64,000 nt of DNA from Octopus vulgaris (taxonomy: Eukaryota): assembly GCA_951406725.2 (NCBI GenBank), contig OX597818.1, positions 17,608,001 to 17,672,000 of the forward strand, given 5' to 3'. Below, piece by piece: positions 1 to 13,470 of this stretch; within the stretch, counting starts at the first letter, position 1, and each line of letters starts with the position of its first letter. The notes below the pieces were generated by a model that saw only the letters and a list, made by a program, of their open reading frames with translations, was not told the origin of the DNA and did no database searches. Position numbers and translations under genes: made by a program.

Positions 1-988
1 AATGTGCACACATTTTGGATTGTGTATATGTTGATGCATTTGTGTCTGCTTCTTACATGTTCTGTGTGTGTGTGTGTGTGTTTTGTTTATTTTCCATTTG
101 TGTCTATCATCATCATCTTTTAACATTTGTTTTCCATGCTGACATGGGTGGGACTGTTTGACAGGAATTGGCTAGACAGAAGACTGCACTAGGCTTCACT
201 GTCTGTTTTGGCAGGGTTTTTACAGCTGGTTGCCCTTCTTAACACCAACCACCTTACAGAGTGTATGTATGTATTTATGTCAGTACATGTATTCATGTGT
301 GTTTATGTATGTTTCTGTGTGTATGTGTGCGCACATGATTATGCATGTTTTTTTAGTATATTGATGTGTATGTTTATGCAGTAAACTCCTCTTTACGCAG
401 CACCACTGGGACCAGGAGGCAAGTAGATAACTGAGTTTTCCAGATAAGTGACCATGCTTTAAATTACTCTAGTACTTTACAAAGCTCATTAAAGAATTAT
501 ATATACATTAAAACTCTATATATTATCATTAGAATTTGAATTATAGAGAAAATTAGAGAAACAGGAAGAAATAAAAATTAACTCAAGTAAAGCATAAGTT
601 TTATTATTATGGAGGAGCATGACTTAATGGTTAGAGTGATAGACTCATGATTGTAAGATTGTGGTTTCGATTAATAAACACAAATTAGCACAAATTCTTG
701 AAGGGTTTTAGTCAAATGAATCAACCCCAGCACTTATTTTCTTTCAAGTTTGATACTTATTCTCTCAGTGCCTTTTGATGAACTGCCAAGTTACAGGGAC
801 AGAAACAAACCAGCACCAGTTGTCAAGCAGTTGCTTGAAAGTCCTGGGTATTTGAGTACTAGAGAAGAGGGAGTTTACTGTATGCTTGTTTATGAGTGTT
901 TGTGTGTGTAATATGTTTTTATACATTCATGTTTATAAATATCTGTGTGCTTCCTAACTGAACACCTGTCATTTCCATCTCTTTGCAG

Positions 989-1154
989 TGTCTGATAGAA
1001 ACTGTGAACATTCTAGATGCTGTGTGTAAAGTTGACAAGGAACAGACCCCTAGGATATTTACGGAGATGAAGAGACTCTTTACTAATCTGACAACAGACA
1101 ATAACCGAACACCAAGAATCCTTGTTAACCTCCTACAGTTTTACATTAACCACA
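989..1154 (+). CDS. AP5Z1: AP5Z1 coding exon (first in window; gene continues upstream)
   Basis: Acceptor ctttgcag, donor gttagt. Translates CLIETVNILDAVCKVDKEQTPRIFTEMKRLFTNLTTDNNRTPRILVNLLQFYINH, resembling recalled human AP5Z1 CLVEAVLVLDVLC...HFFLSH. The phase-1 end fits the next exon. Confidence 0.9.
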
Positions 1155-4127
1155 GTTAGTATCGTTTCTTTTATTTCATCTTCATTCATCATCATCATCA
1201 TCATTATCATTTGGCATCTGCTTTCCATGCTGGCATGGGTTACAGGTTTGACTGAACCTGATAGCTGGAGAGCTGCACCAAATTCCAGTCTGGTTTGGCG
1301 TTTTTACTATTAATTTTGAGGAGACTGCACTGGTCTGATCATGTGATGCAGCTGGATGAGGGCAGCTGCTTAAAGAAGTGATGATCTCTTAAAGTGGAGG
1401 GAAGCTGTGAAATAGGGAAACTCAGGAAGACATGGGGTGAAGTATTATGACTGATCTCAAATGGCTGAACTTTACAAAGATGGCAGAGGTCTGAGATATG
1501 CAGCACATTGTTGTACTTCAGAAGAGCCACCCACCACAACAGAATTGAAATCCTAAAACCAAGGGGTCACATAAAAAGCATTGGTGTGGGTGCTGGTGTC
1601 ATGTAAAAAGCACTCAGTACACTCTATAGAGTGGTTGGTGTTAGGAAGGGCATGCAGCTGTATACACCAAAACCAAAACAGGCAATGGAATCTGGTGTGA
1701 CCCCTGGCCTTGCCAGTTTCTCTCAAGCTGTCCAACCCATGTGAGCATAGAAAACAGTTATTAAGTGTTGATGGTGATAATGATGATGAGTTTCTTTAGA
1801 CATTTTTTACATTTCCTTGTTTTTTGGTAATTGGTTGGATAAGTGTTCGAATTTAGACTTTTGTTTGAGCTTTTAATTGCTAACCTTTCTTAACTGGCTA
1901 CTCATTTGAATGTTATACCTTAACCATGGTAAGATTTGAACTTAGCATAAAGTTTCTTCTCCCAATTACAAGCATCTCATTTCAGTTAGATTGTGATCAT
2001 TTTTTACCTTTTACTTGTTTCAATCATTGGACTGCAGCCATGATATGAGGCATTGCCTTGAAGGATTTCAGTCAAATGAATAAACCCTAGTACTTGTTTT
2101 CTTTTCAGTTTGATACTTATTCTGCTGGTCTCATTTGATGAACTGCTAAGTTACAGGGACAACAAACCAACACTAGTTGTCAAGCAGTGGTGGGAATGCA
2201 CACACACTCTCTCTCTCTCATTCACATGCATACACACATACACACATAGATGTGACAAGCTTTTAGTTTCCATCTACCTAATCCACCCACAAAGATTTGG
2301 TCCACCCAGGATTATAGTAGATGGCACTCACCAAGGTGCCATGGTATGGAATGAACCCAGAATCATATGGTTGAGAAGCAAGCTTCTTACCACACAGCCA
2401 CATGTGTGCCTATTCACGTCGCCACATATATAAAATTCTTGTAAAAAAATACACAATCACCACTTATTCTCTGTTTCTTTTTCCCATATCAATTTGAAGT
2501 GTTTTGCCCTTGAAGGAAAACTGTCATCATCATCATCATCATTCAGGGACAGCAGCTTAATCATTAGAGCAACTAATAAAATTTCTTGCAGTATTTCTCC
2601 CTCCACTTTTCAGTCTGGGTTCAAATCTTATCAAGCTCAACTTTACCAATCATCTTTTTGGAGGTTGATAAAATCAAGTACCGGTCAAGTGCTGGGTTGG
2701 GTTCAGTGTAATCCACTATCACTTTCCCTCTCAAATTACTGGCCTTATGTTTAAACCAGAAAACATTATTATTATCATCGTTTTTTATCTATGGACCGCT
2801 TTGAGTATTATTTTAATCTGATGGGCCCCCATAGTCATTCGTTGTTTACAAACTAGTTTTATAGATACTTCTTTCAAAATTCCTATTTTATTTTTCACAC
2901 ATTCACTTGTTTAGGTTGAACTATGTAAAATGTTAAAGAAAGAAACTGAGCTGCTTCTAGCAATAAATATGTTTAAATCAAAATTATTTCCTAGACCCTT
3001 AATATACTACTGTGTATACCCAATTTACTACTTTGTTGCATGGACCCCCAAAAATCTTATATGGGCCCTCATTAACCATATGGACCCTGGCTGAGAACCA
3101 CTGTAGATGGTTCTTCTTCTTCTTAAGCCCTTTGCTTCCTATAGAGCATCAGTCATCAATGACTTTTCTCTACAGCTCTCAACTATGGGCTGCCTGTTCC
3201 ACATCAATCCAGTTGGACCCCTGCTTTGAAGTTTCCTTTTGGATCTGGCTGCACTGTGTCCTTGAGGGAAGGCTTTGTTCTTCCAGATCTTGTTGGTTTT
3301 GAATTGTCATCTATGCATCTGTACCTTTGCTTTTTATATATATATATATAGAAGTGTTAAGTAAGGTAAAGGTACCTTCTTTAGTCATACCAACTCATTA
3401 GGGCTGGTTTCCCAGTTTCATAGCATATATATAACCCACCTGAATGGGACGCTGGTTCATCGCAGGGATACTCATTTTTGTCAGTTGAGTGGACTGGAAC
3501 AATGTGAAATGAAGTGTTTTGCTCAAAAACACAACATGACACCCAGTCCAGGGATCAAAACCACAATCATAAGTCCAACACCCTAATCAAAAAGCCATGT
3601 GCCTCTACAGGGGTGTTAGCCCTATGCAAACCTACTTTTACCTCTGGGAAGAGTTCATTCATATTAGTTAAGGCTCTATCCTTTGACATGTCCATTATAG
3701 AAGGCTCTAGCAGTGGCTTACATTCTGTCGGCATAGCTCACAGAGTCATTGGAGACAGACTAGACCTTTTGGTTTATCATCAAGATGGTGGGGTGACAGA
3801 ATTGTTAGAGCGATTGACAATATGCCTTTGCAGTATCTCTTCTGATTCTGTGTTCTGAAGTCATCTTTGTCTTTTCATCCTTCTGAGGTTGATAAAATAA
3901 AGTATCAGTCAAGTTCTAGAACTGACAGGAAAGAATGTGAGGACTTTCAAGTCTGCTTCTCTCAATGATGAAGGAGGAGGAGGAAGAATGAAAGAGAGAG
4001 AAAGAAAGACTTTTGTTCAGGTCATTCATTCATTGTCTTTACTGTCTTCACATGCCTTTCCAGTCAAATGTTAATGTTCTGAGTTTAAACCCTCTCCTAG
4101 TAATATGCTTATGTGTTAGGAATAAAT

Positions 4128-4640
4128 GTACCATAAATCCTCAAGTATAGTCCGCCCTTGAGTATAATACGCAGGGGATTTTTAGGGGGCTGTACCTCTC
4201 AAAAGCATAAACCTTGTGTATAATACGCAACCTTTCTCTAACTTGAGTTAAGGAGGTCTATATAACGTCCTTGGTTTGTAAAAATGTATACGGTAACGTC
4301 CTTTATTATTATTGTATATATAACATAATGCAAACGTGTAGCATTTTTGTGCATTTTGTTTGCAGAAAATAAAGAAATAACAGTAATAATGTTTAATATA
4401 TGTTACTTACTGCAAATTATGGATGATTCTTTTATGACTTCATTGCTTTCTGGCTCAGCTTTAGGTATTTTCACGCCCGACATCACAAAATGCGTCTGAA
4501 TAAACATTGCCGGACAGCAAATAGAGTCCCGGACATGCTTAGAAAATATTTTTCATTTTTAACCTCGTATATAGTACGCACTAGGGATTTTGGCCTTTAA
4601 ATTTTGGGGAAAAATATGCGGATTATACTCTGAAGATGCT
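4128..4640. mobile_element. pogo/Tc1-type MITE (similar design at ~44732-45040)
   Basis: Imperfect terminal inverted repeats (taccataaatcctcaagtatagtccgc / gcggattatactc) with internal sub-repeats. Confidence 0.6.
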
Positions 4641-4723
4641 TTGAGAATTTAACATAGAAACAAAACACATGATAGATAATGTTGACTTATGTTGTTGTTG
4701 TTTTTTTTGTTTTGTTTTTGCAG

Positions 4724-4902
4724 GTAGCACCATGGTGCATGACCCTCAGTCTGCATATGACTTGTTCTTTGGACAACTCCTCAGCCAGAAATACAACCAG
4801 TGTCATTTTGTGTTCGACACTGTTATGTTTTTACGAGACAACCTTGAAACACTGTGTTATAAGACAAACATCCTCTCAAAGTACTTCCCCAATATTTTTA
4901 AG
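4724..4902 (+). CDS. AP5Z1: AP5Z1 coding exon
   Basis: Acceptor tttttgcag, donor gtactg. (S)STMVHDPQSAYDLFFGQLLSQKYNQCHFVFDTVMFLRDNLETLCYKTNILSKYFPNIFK matches the AP5Z1 F.RDNL...FPN.FK motif; frame consistent. Confidence 0.93.
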
Positions 4903-5108
4903 GTACTGTTACTACTACTACTACTTCTACTACTACTAACACTTTTCACTCCTATGAATTTCACCTCTTCCTCTACCATCCTCAACATCACTACCAACCA
5001 TCCACCAATCCACCCACCTACCTCTAGGTGACTGTAATATGCCATGTGTTGACTATTTTATACCACACTGGACTGTAATGTATTAACTGAGTAAATTTCT
5101 CACTGCAG

Positions 5109-5192
5109 ATCCTTGCTTGGAATCCTCCAACATTTGTCAAAGAATTTGAAGACCTTTTACCTGCCATGATTACTCAGAGTACAGCACTTGAG
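5109..5192 (+). CDS. AP5Z1: AP5Z1 coding exon
   Basis: Acceptor cactgcag, donor gtataa. ILAWNPPTFVKEFEDLLPAMITQSTALE matches conserved LAWN.P....EF..LLPA.....TALE. Confidence 0.95.
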
Positions 5193-5534
5193 GTATAACT
5201 CACTTTTGTTTGTTTGTTTATTTGTTTTATATAAAATGGTAATGTGGTTGAGGATACTGTAAAATTGGGGATATTTGTTCTATTTTTTATACTGAATTTT
5301 GTTATTTGCATACCAAAGTTAGATAAAGAAATCATCAAAATGGTATCATAAGCCAGATTTGAATAATGGCTTCATTTCATATTTCCCCTAAAGCCACAGT
5401 TTCCCTCATTCAACCTCCAGCAATGTTTTCACTACAATTCATGGCAAAAAAAAGTATATATAATTGATGGCAAAAAAATGCTTTAATTAAAAATAAAACA
5501 AGCTGTTTCTGCAGTTTTGCATGTTAATGGTTTT

Positions 5535-5737
5535 AGCCCCGTCCGGCACCTGTGCCGGTGGCACGTAAAAAGCACCCACTACACTCACGGAGTAGTTGGC
5601 GTTAGGAAGGGCATCCAGCCGTAGAAACATTGCCAGATCAGACTGGGCCTGGTTCAGCCTTCTGGCTTCCCAGACCCCAGTTGAACCGTCCAACCCATGC
5701 TAGCATGGAAAGCGGACGCTAAATGATAATGATGATT
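5535..5737 (+). mobile_element. SINE-like family C with (GAT)n tail (representative copy)
   Basis: ttaggaagggcatccagc...ccaacccatgctagcatggaa...gatgat. Other copies near 110, 1185, 1545, 9197, 10085, 22800, 25145, 50565; some carry tandem gcacgtaaaaagcac units. Confidence 0.8.
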
Positions 5738-5860
5738 CTATTAAGCTAGACTCAGAAGATATATATAACATTTGCCTGGTGTAGAATGTACAACATGAAT
5801 ATATTTTCCCAATCTGTTTACTCTTATATGTTCTTATTACATCCTGATGTCTGTTTCCAG

Positions 5861-6051
5861 GTATTCCACCGTCTTTTAGAGCTTCCATGTTTGACAGCAC
5901 TTCTTGAAGCAAGTGAGAAATTGAAGAAGGGTGATGTAAACAGCATTGAACCCGATTCTTCTTCTGTCCAGGCCTTACAGAAATCTGCATACAACCCATT
6001 ATTTAATTTCATCATGAGTCCAGACAGTGGCCATGGGGACACAATCAACAG
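5861..6051 (+). CDS. AP5Z1: AP5Z1 coding exon
   Basis: Acceptor tttccag, donor gtaaat. VFHRLLELPCLTALLEASEKLKKG...YNPLFNFIMSPDSGHGDTIN(R) contains the conserved LL.LPCLTA motif. Confidence 0.94.
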
Positions 6052-6502
6052 GTAAATAAAAATTCACCTGCCTGTTGAGATTAGGATCCTTTTCGATGAT
6101 GACTAACCATTGGCAATTTTGACCTCTAACATGGGTACAAGATCTTGAATTTGGTGGGGATCTATAATCACAAGCTGGCAGAATCGTTAGTATGCCAGAC
6201 AAAATGCTTAGCAGCATTTCGTCTGTCTGTATGTTTTGAGTTCAAACTTCATCAAGGTTGACTTTATCTTTCAACCTTTTAGGGTTGATGAAATAAGTAC
6301 CTGTTAAACACTGGGATTCAATATAATCAACTAGCTCCCTCCCACGAAAATTTCATGCTTTGTGCCTATAGCAGAAAGGTATATTATCAATCTATTACAT
6401 AACTGGTGCTTTATTTTATATACTCTGGAAGTTGATCTTAATAGAATTTGAACTCAAAATGTAATCTAAATATAACAAGGTATTATTTCTGATACTCTAA
6501 CC

Positions 6503-6859
6503 CAGTGTTTCCCAACCTGTTTTCTCCCAGGCCCCACTATAACTTTCCAGAAAAATGTATGCCCCACCAGTGGCATATGCAAAAGGATTAATAATTTATT
6601 GACTTCTAATAATTATATACTTTCATTAAAGCCATATCCACACTAGGGTATTAGAATAGCACTATACTGTAGCTAACAGTCTTCACACAGTATGCTTGGC
6701 TGGAGGGAGTTGTTTGGTTAGGCTGAGTATAGGATGTAGTATGTTTGCTGGGTAAAAAAGATTTTCATAATTCCATGTCCCACTTAAAAAAAAAAAAGAA
6801 AAATATTTGGGCTCTCAGGCCCCACTGGTGGGGTGCATGCTCTATGTCAGGAATCACTG
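6503..6859. mobile_element. hAT/Charlie-like MITE
   Basis: Ends CAGTGTTTCCCAAC...GGAATCACTG flanked by 8-bp ctctaacc/ctctaact. Confidence 0.7.
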
Positions 6860-7349
6860 CTCTAACTATTCTGTGAATTAACTGGAAAGTATTATTGAAA
6901 CTTAGTAGATGAGGTAGTTAAGGTTGTTGACTTTAATTGTTGACTCAAACTTTGCAATAACTTACTGTCTGCCATACTTGTGTTAGGTATAGTTCACTGC
7001 TTGGTTGGGATACTGTCTCAATTGCATACTTTCTCATTGATATGTTGTGCTTTCAAAATATGGTAGCCCATTCAAGTTAGAAGCTGTGCTCCACATCCCA
7101 TATTAAGAGTGTAAAGCACATTACTTTTGGATTTCCAAACATAGCATTTGTATCTGAATCAGTAATGTGACCTGGATTACAAAGGAAAAGTGTGTGGTTG
7201 CCACATGAGAAGGTACAGCATGTACTTTCCACATGAGAAGATACTGTGTTGTTTCCACATGGGTAAGACAATTTATCAGTGCCACATGGAAAAATACTAA
7301 CTATTCTACATGTATATAAATGTAAACTTTGTGTATGGGGATATGATTA

Positions 7350-8505
7350 CCTACTATGAATTTCCTAATTAGTACTGGAGATGTTTCATACTCCTGTATT
7401 TGTCTGAGTGTTGGGTCTTTGGGTGCTTGGATGAAATGTGGATATCAAGTTGACCCAGGCTGTTTCCACGTTAGGTCTTGGCATGTTGGTAGAGTGTGGA
7501 GGACTGTTTTTTGTCATCATATTGTCTCAAATGGTCATTTAGTTTTTCTGTAATGCACCTAGATGTCTCCCCTATGTATGTCGTATTTATATCTTTACAA
7601 GCACCTTCTATGCATCTTATGCTGTAGACTACATTTCTAGTTCTACAGTTAATGCCAGGGCTAATCCTACATACGATGCAGTTATCATTGGTGCATATGG
7701 TATTCTCAAAGGGGTTCATTCTACATAATTGTGATCTGATGAAGTTCTCTGGCTTTTTCAACAAACTTAATGTTGAGTTTGGTCTCCTTCAGAGCTTTTC
7801 TAAATCTACAGGCTAGTTCTCCATGGGCTGTGGCCTCTACAAACATCACTCCTTGATATTTGTCAGTTTTATATGTGTTCACCCTGTTTGCTTTGTCACA
7901 AGCTCTTTGTATATCATATTCCAGTCGTTGTTTCTATATTTAGGGCAGGTACCACTGGTTTCATTACATATAATGTTATCTAACTTCTTTCTAGCACCCC
8001 TATATACTCGAATCCTATCTTTCTGATCATATCTGGAGAATTGCATGCGGTGCATGAAGTTCTGTACATGTTTCTTCATTTCATAGGGTTTGCTTAGTGG
8101 GGACACATTGTTCATTATCCTTACCAAGTCTGCTATCAGTATATTAATTTTCATGTTGTGTGACAAAGCTGAGTTCTTGTGAACAACATATTTTGAAGTT
8201 ATGGGTTTCATGTAATAGGAGTGGAGGAGCTGCACTCTGTTCACAGTCTCTAACCAAAGTTCAGTATCAAGGATGGGGAGTCTATTGTTGGGGTACCTAG
8301 TGGGGTAATTTATAGTTACCTTGATACTTTGGTGGATGAAATTAGCTACTTGCTGGATGCTCTCCATTATGTTCCTCTCAGTTTCTACATTACCGTTACT
8401 GGAGTTGGTCTTAACTAGGCTATCAATGTCATCTACATACCTACTGTAAAATAGAAGAGTTGTGGACTGTTCTGCTAAGGATTGCTTAAGTTTTTTGTCC
8501 CATCA
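7350..8505 (-). mobile_element. 5'-truncated Penelope-like retroelement (RT C-terminal half plus GIY-YIG endonuclease), decayed
   Basis: FYSRYVDDID near 8430; thumb region LPILD...YYMKP (ORF 7879-8367); C..C...NVVY...YIGETSR (ORF 7471-7764). Intronic and antisense to AP5Z1. Confidence 0.88.
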
Positions 8506-8903
8506 GGTCGTCATGCGCTCACACACTGACCCATATGCTTACACACAAACAAACAAAAAGAATGCAGCTCGGATAATGGACAGTCAACAACTATTGAAAA
8601 GGTTGCAAAACGCAACAAAAATTTTAGAAGACTAAATAAGTAAATGAGTGGAAAATTTACCAGTGTGTGTGTTAAATTATAAGGCACTAAAAGAGAATGA
8701 CCCTTCCTAGACACAACAGAGTGTTATTTTCATTTTTGCATAATTTAGACAACAATTTATTCACCACACCTTGTATGTCAACTTGGCCAAAGATATGATT
8801 ACTTGTGTGTATCTGTAGTTTCATAATTCTGTTTTCATCGTTTACATGAGTAACTATTATATGCTGCTGTTACCAGTTTTTTTTACCTCTTGTATTTTAT
8901 CAG

Positions 8904-8990
8904 ACTTGATGAGCTGTACGAGGTCTTACATGACATGAGGGACCACCCACGTGTGATCAACTGTGCTGAGGTTTTACCTAAATTATTAGG
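8904..8990 (+). CDS. AP5Z1: AP5Z1 coding exon
   Basis: Acceptor ttttatcag, donor gtgagc. LDELYEVLHDMRDHPRVINCAEVLPKLL(G) matches RV..CA...P.LL; phases fit both neighbours. Confidence 0.92.
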
Positions 8991-10997
8991 GTGAGCATAT
9001 CTCATTTACTAACTCAATGTTTCATAGCAACAGTCTACTGTCCCTGCCACTACATGATTAGCTACATTTATGTAATTGTATACACTTGTGCACACTCACA
9101 TACATACACTTAGACTAATTATGATACCTCCTGTGGAGTACATATATGCCTTATTACTGAGTGTATTATATTTATATAATATTTATATAATAACCACGGA
9201 GTGGTTGGCATTAGGAAGGGCATCCAGCTGTAGAAACACTGCCAGATCAGACTGGAGCCTGGTGCAGCCTCCTGGCTTCCCAGACCCCGGTCGAACCGTC
9301 CAACCCATGCTAGCAGGGAAAACAGACATTAAACGATGATGATGAATATATTATATTTGTATATCAGGCTTGGCTATGTGGTTAAGAAATTTTCTTCCCA
9401 ACCACATAGTTTCAGGTTCAATCCTACTGTATGGTACCTTGGGCAAGTGTCTTCTGCTATTGACCCAAGCTAACCAAAGCCTAGTAAATGGACTTGTGAG
9501 ACGAAAACTGTATGGAAGCCCGTTGTGTGTGTGTGTGTTTGTGTCTCCTTGTCTTGACATCACATAATAGTTGCAGATGGCTCTCACTGTCATACAAGCA
9601 GTGGTATTTATTTCCAATACTCTGCAAAAAATTTGTCTGGCTATAGGGAAATATTACCTTGCTTGGAAACAGGTAAGGGTTGGTGACAGGAAGGGCATCC
9701 AGACATAGGAAACTTGCATCAATAAAGACAATCTGACCCATACAAGCATGGAAAAGTGGATGCTTAAAACAATGATGATTATAATATGTGCTTATACATA
9801 CACATACATACACACACATACACATTTATCAACAATCCAGTTCCTTGGTGAATTCTTGGAGCAGCATTCATTGAGGAATTGGATCATTGGTAGATAATTG
9901 GAATTGAAAATTACCTAAAAACAGTATCCAGTCAGTATAATTGACACTGATTGATGATGATGGATTATTTCACTGTTTGCTCTCTGTGGTTCTATCTAGC
10001 CAGTTGGTGGCATCTTACATATTGATGTGTCTTGATTCTTAATGAATCTGTCAAACTAACATATATATTGAGACATTGCTGTACTCAAGAAGACCACAAC
10101 AGAATTGAGATCCTAAAACCAAGGTGCCACTCAAAAAGCATTAATGTGGGTGCTAGCGTCGCATAAAAAATACTGGTGCTAGTGCCACGTAAAAAAGCAC
10201 TGGTGCTGGTACCACATAAAAAGCACAGGTTCTGGTACCACATAAAAAGCACAGGTTCTGGTGCCACATAAAAAGCACAGGTTCTGGTGCCACATAAAAA
10301 GCACTGGTGATGATGCCACGTAAAAAGCACCCAGTACACCCTGTAAAGTAGTTAGCATTAGGAAGGGCATCCAGCCATAGAAACCAAACCAAAACAGACT
10401 ATGGAACCTGGTGCAGCCCCTGGTCTTGCCAGTTCCTGCCAAGCCATCCAACCCATGCCAGCATGGAAAACAGATATTAAATGATGATGATGAGATATAC
10501 ATAGATATATATACATACATACATACACTAATGCTTTATATTTATTGTTTTTGTATTGATTATGATAATTTTTACTATTAATATCAGCACTGCCTTTGTT
10601 ATTACCATATAACAACACTACTGCACCCATCTCTGCTCATGACCACCATCACCATACATCAACACTGCCACCACTATCACTGTACATTACCACTACTCCA
10701 CCACCACCTCCAAAACAACAGTAATTTTCAGCACTGTAACCATGACTACCTTCATACACCAAGAGCAGCTAAATCTCCCTTAAATCACACCCTTCAATCA
10801 CAAATACAGATGGCTCAATTGGAGATACATTGGGAAAAAAAGTCATGGAGAGAATCATGGCTGGAATGTCTTTGATTATGTAGCAACAACACACTTTTAT
10901 GTATCAACTACATATCGCCACCACCACCAGTATCAATGCTATCATCATCACCATCACCACCGTTCTCATAACACTCTGTTTTCTTTTTCTATTACAG

Positions 10998-11120
10998 TGT
11001 GTATTTTTCTGTGATTCTGGAAGACGGCAGCGAAGAGTTTACATCCTGTTTGGTATCAGTCCTTTTAGAGAGGGTCTCATTGCTCTACGATGTTCCTGGA
11101 TACAAGAGAAATGTCAGGAA
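10998..11120 (+). CDS. AP5Z1: AP5Z1 coding exon
   Basis: Acceptor ctattacag, donor gtaaga. VYFSVILEDGSEEFTSCLVSVLLERVSLLYDVPGYKRNVR(K) matches LL.R...LY..PGY. Confidence 0.9.
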
Positions 11121-11169
11121 GTAAGAAAACTTCATTGCTTACATTTGTTTTTAATGTTCTTTGTTTTGA

Positions 11170-11890
11170 GAATGAGAAGCCTGAGGAAAAAGTTTGGAGC
11201 CAAGGTAAAAGCTGGAAGTAGGATTGGGAGAAAGCATGAGAGAAAAAAGAACTGGAAGCAGGGCTGGTTGGAGGGGCTAAAGGCAGGGCTGGATGGAAAT
11301 TACTGGAGGAAACAGCTGAAGGTAGAACTGAGTGCAGAAGCTGGAGGCATGAACTGGTAGAAAGTAGTAGAGAAAGAACTGGAGATAGGGCTAAGTGTCA
11401 AATCTGGAGACATGGGCTGGTGAAAAGTACTAGAGGCAAATGCTGGAGTTCCAACTGAACGCAGAAGCTGGAGGTATAAACTGGTGGAAATTACTGCAGG
11501 GAACAGCTGAAGGTATGACTGAGTGCAGAAGCTGGAGGCTGGGCTCCTAGAAAGCAATGGAGATAAAGCCTGCAAGTAGAGTTGAGTGCAGGAACTGGAG
11601 GCAGGGCTGCTAAAAAGTACTGGAAGAAAAGAGAGCAGGCCGGGCTGGTGGATGTAGGTGGGTGAGAACTGCTGAAAAGTTTGGCAGATGATTGAAACAG
11701 GTGTTATGGTGGGGTGCAGAAATGACTGCTGGAGGATGTGGTGCCAGCTGAGGATGGATAAAAAAGCTGGTTGAAAGGGACTCAAAGAAAAGATGGAAGA
11801 AATACAGAAAGGATCAGGCAGGAAGGTTACTGAAAGGGGCTAGAGCAGAGCTGATAAAAGACAGAAAGATTGAAGGCAAAGTTAGTAGAA
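11170..11890 (+). repeat. Diverged purine-rich minisatellite
   Basis: Recurring gaactggaggcagggctggtggaaa-like units directly after an AP5Z1 exon. Confidence 0.6.
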
Positions 11891-12224
11891 AAGTTATTAT
11901 ACATATGGTATCTTCCTACGATTGAGTTTGTGTTTGCAGAAATATGTTAAATTCATGTTTGTCAGCATTTTTTATCTAGAATCATGTTCTGGAGAAATCA
12001 ATTTTGCCAATAACTGTCTTGGTTCACTGGTTATTATTGACCGGTTCTCACCTCTCACTTGCAGTCTTTTAAATATCCTCAGTGTGTGTGTGTGATTACT
12101 TGGTATCTGGGCATTTAGCCACTAGATGTATGCATGTTTAGTCATGATGTGAAAGTGTTAAATCACAAGACATAAGAATGTTTGACCTCTGGCTACACCT
12201 AAATTATCTATTGTTGTATTTCAG

Positions 12225-12354
12225 ATTGTTTGCTGACTACATAGTGAAGCTGCTAAAACTTTATCCTTATATCGTGATCAAGCAGAGAGGAGAAATTATT
12301 GATTACCTCATCAATACACACAATATGAAGGATGACAGATTCTTTATGCACCTG
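12225..12354 (+). CDS. AP5Z1: AP5Z1 coding exon
   Basis: Acceptor tatttcag, donor gtaaaa. LFADYIVKLLKLYPYIVIKQRGEIIDYLINTHNMKDDRFFMHL; position and phase fit between the neighbouring exons. Confidence 0.87.
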
Positions 12355-12964
12355 GTAAAACAACTTTATTGTAATCGACACATATGGACACACGGACACA
12401 CACACAAACATATAATCTTACCATACTATATTGGCACTCCATCTGTTACAACAAGGGTTCCACTTGATCCAATCAACAGAACAGCCTGCACATGAAATTA
12501 ACAAACATATATACCCTTAATGTAGTTCTCAGGGAGATTCATCATGACACAGGGTGTAACAAGGTTTGTCCTTTCAAATACAGATACAACTCATTTTTGT
12601 CAACTGTGTGAACTGGAACATGACAAAAAGTGTCTTGCTCAAGGACACAGCTCGTTGCCAGGAATCGAACTCACAACCTTATAACCATCAGCTAAATACT
12701 CTAACCACTGAGCCATGTGCTTTTGATCTAATATAACAATGTTGTAGCATATGTGTGTATATACTCTTTTACTTGTTTCAGTCATTTGACTGTGGCCATG
12801 CTGGAGCACCGCCTTTAGTCGAGCAAATCGACCCCGGGACTTATTCTTTGTAAGCCCAGTACTTATTCTATCGGTATCTTTTGCCGAACCGCTAAGTTAC
12901 GGTGACATAAACACACCAGCATTGGTTGTCAAGTGATGTTGGAGGGACAAACACTGACACACAA

Positions 12965-13010
<46 letters not shown>

Positions 13011-13284
13011 GACGGGCTTCTTTCAGTTTCCGTCTGCCAAATCCACTCACAAGGCTTTGGTCGACCCGAGGCTATAGTAGAAGACAGTTGCCCAAAGTGC
13101 CACGCATTGGGACTGAACCTGGAACCATGTGGTTGGTAAACAAGCTACTTACCACACAGCCACTCCTATGTGAAACTCAACCACTGTTATTGTCATTCTT
13201 GAAATAATTGTTGCCACCACCATTGCTCTACTGTTATTGCTGTTGCCATTTTTGTTATCAGAATATTCTTGAATTATTGGTCAG

Positions 13285-13470
13285 GTTTGGAGTGTTGGAG
13301 AGTTCTGCAGCTGTAGTCTGGATAACAACTGTTCTGCTAAAATCATATCAAAGTACTATGAAGTTCTAGAGACACTGATGTATGAGTGGTCCAGTACCAC
13401 ATTGACATTAACCACAGATGAAGAATTCCCACCACGCCTCATGTCCATTCTTATGTCGGCCACAGCAAAG
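13285..13470 (+). CDS. AP5Z1: AP5Z1 coding exon
   Basis: Acceptor ggtcag, donor gtttgt. VWSVGEFCSCSLDNNCSAKIISKYYEVLETLMYE...PPRLMSILMSATAK matches the adaptin-type VWAIGEY and LE.L..E motifs. Confidence 0.92.

Noticed and set aside
611-672. tRNA-like sequence (also ~17060, ~29945 and SINE A heads)
   Set aside because: Degenerate A/B boxes without a full cloverleaf, continuing into repeat bodies; SINE heads rather than tRNA genes.
10190-10330. Tandem ~26-bp repeats resembling a CRISPR array
   Set aside because: No unique spacers, no cas genes, eukaryotic context; they are internal duplications of SINE-like family C.
10899-11785. Long ORFs 10899-11360 (+) and 11300-11785 (-)
   Set aside because: They run out of frame over an AP5Z1 exon and through a purine-rich minisatellite; no domain signal.
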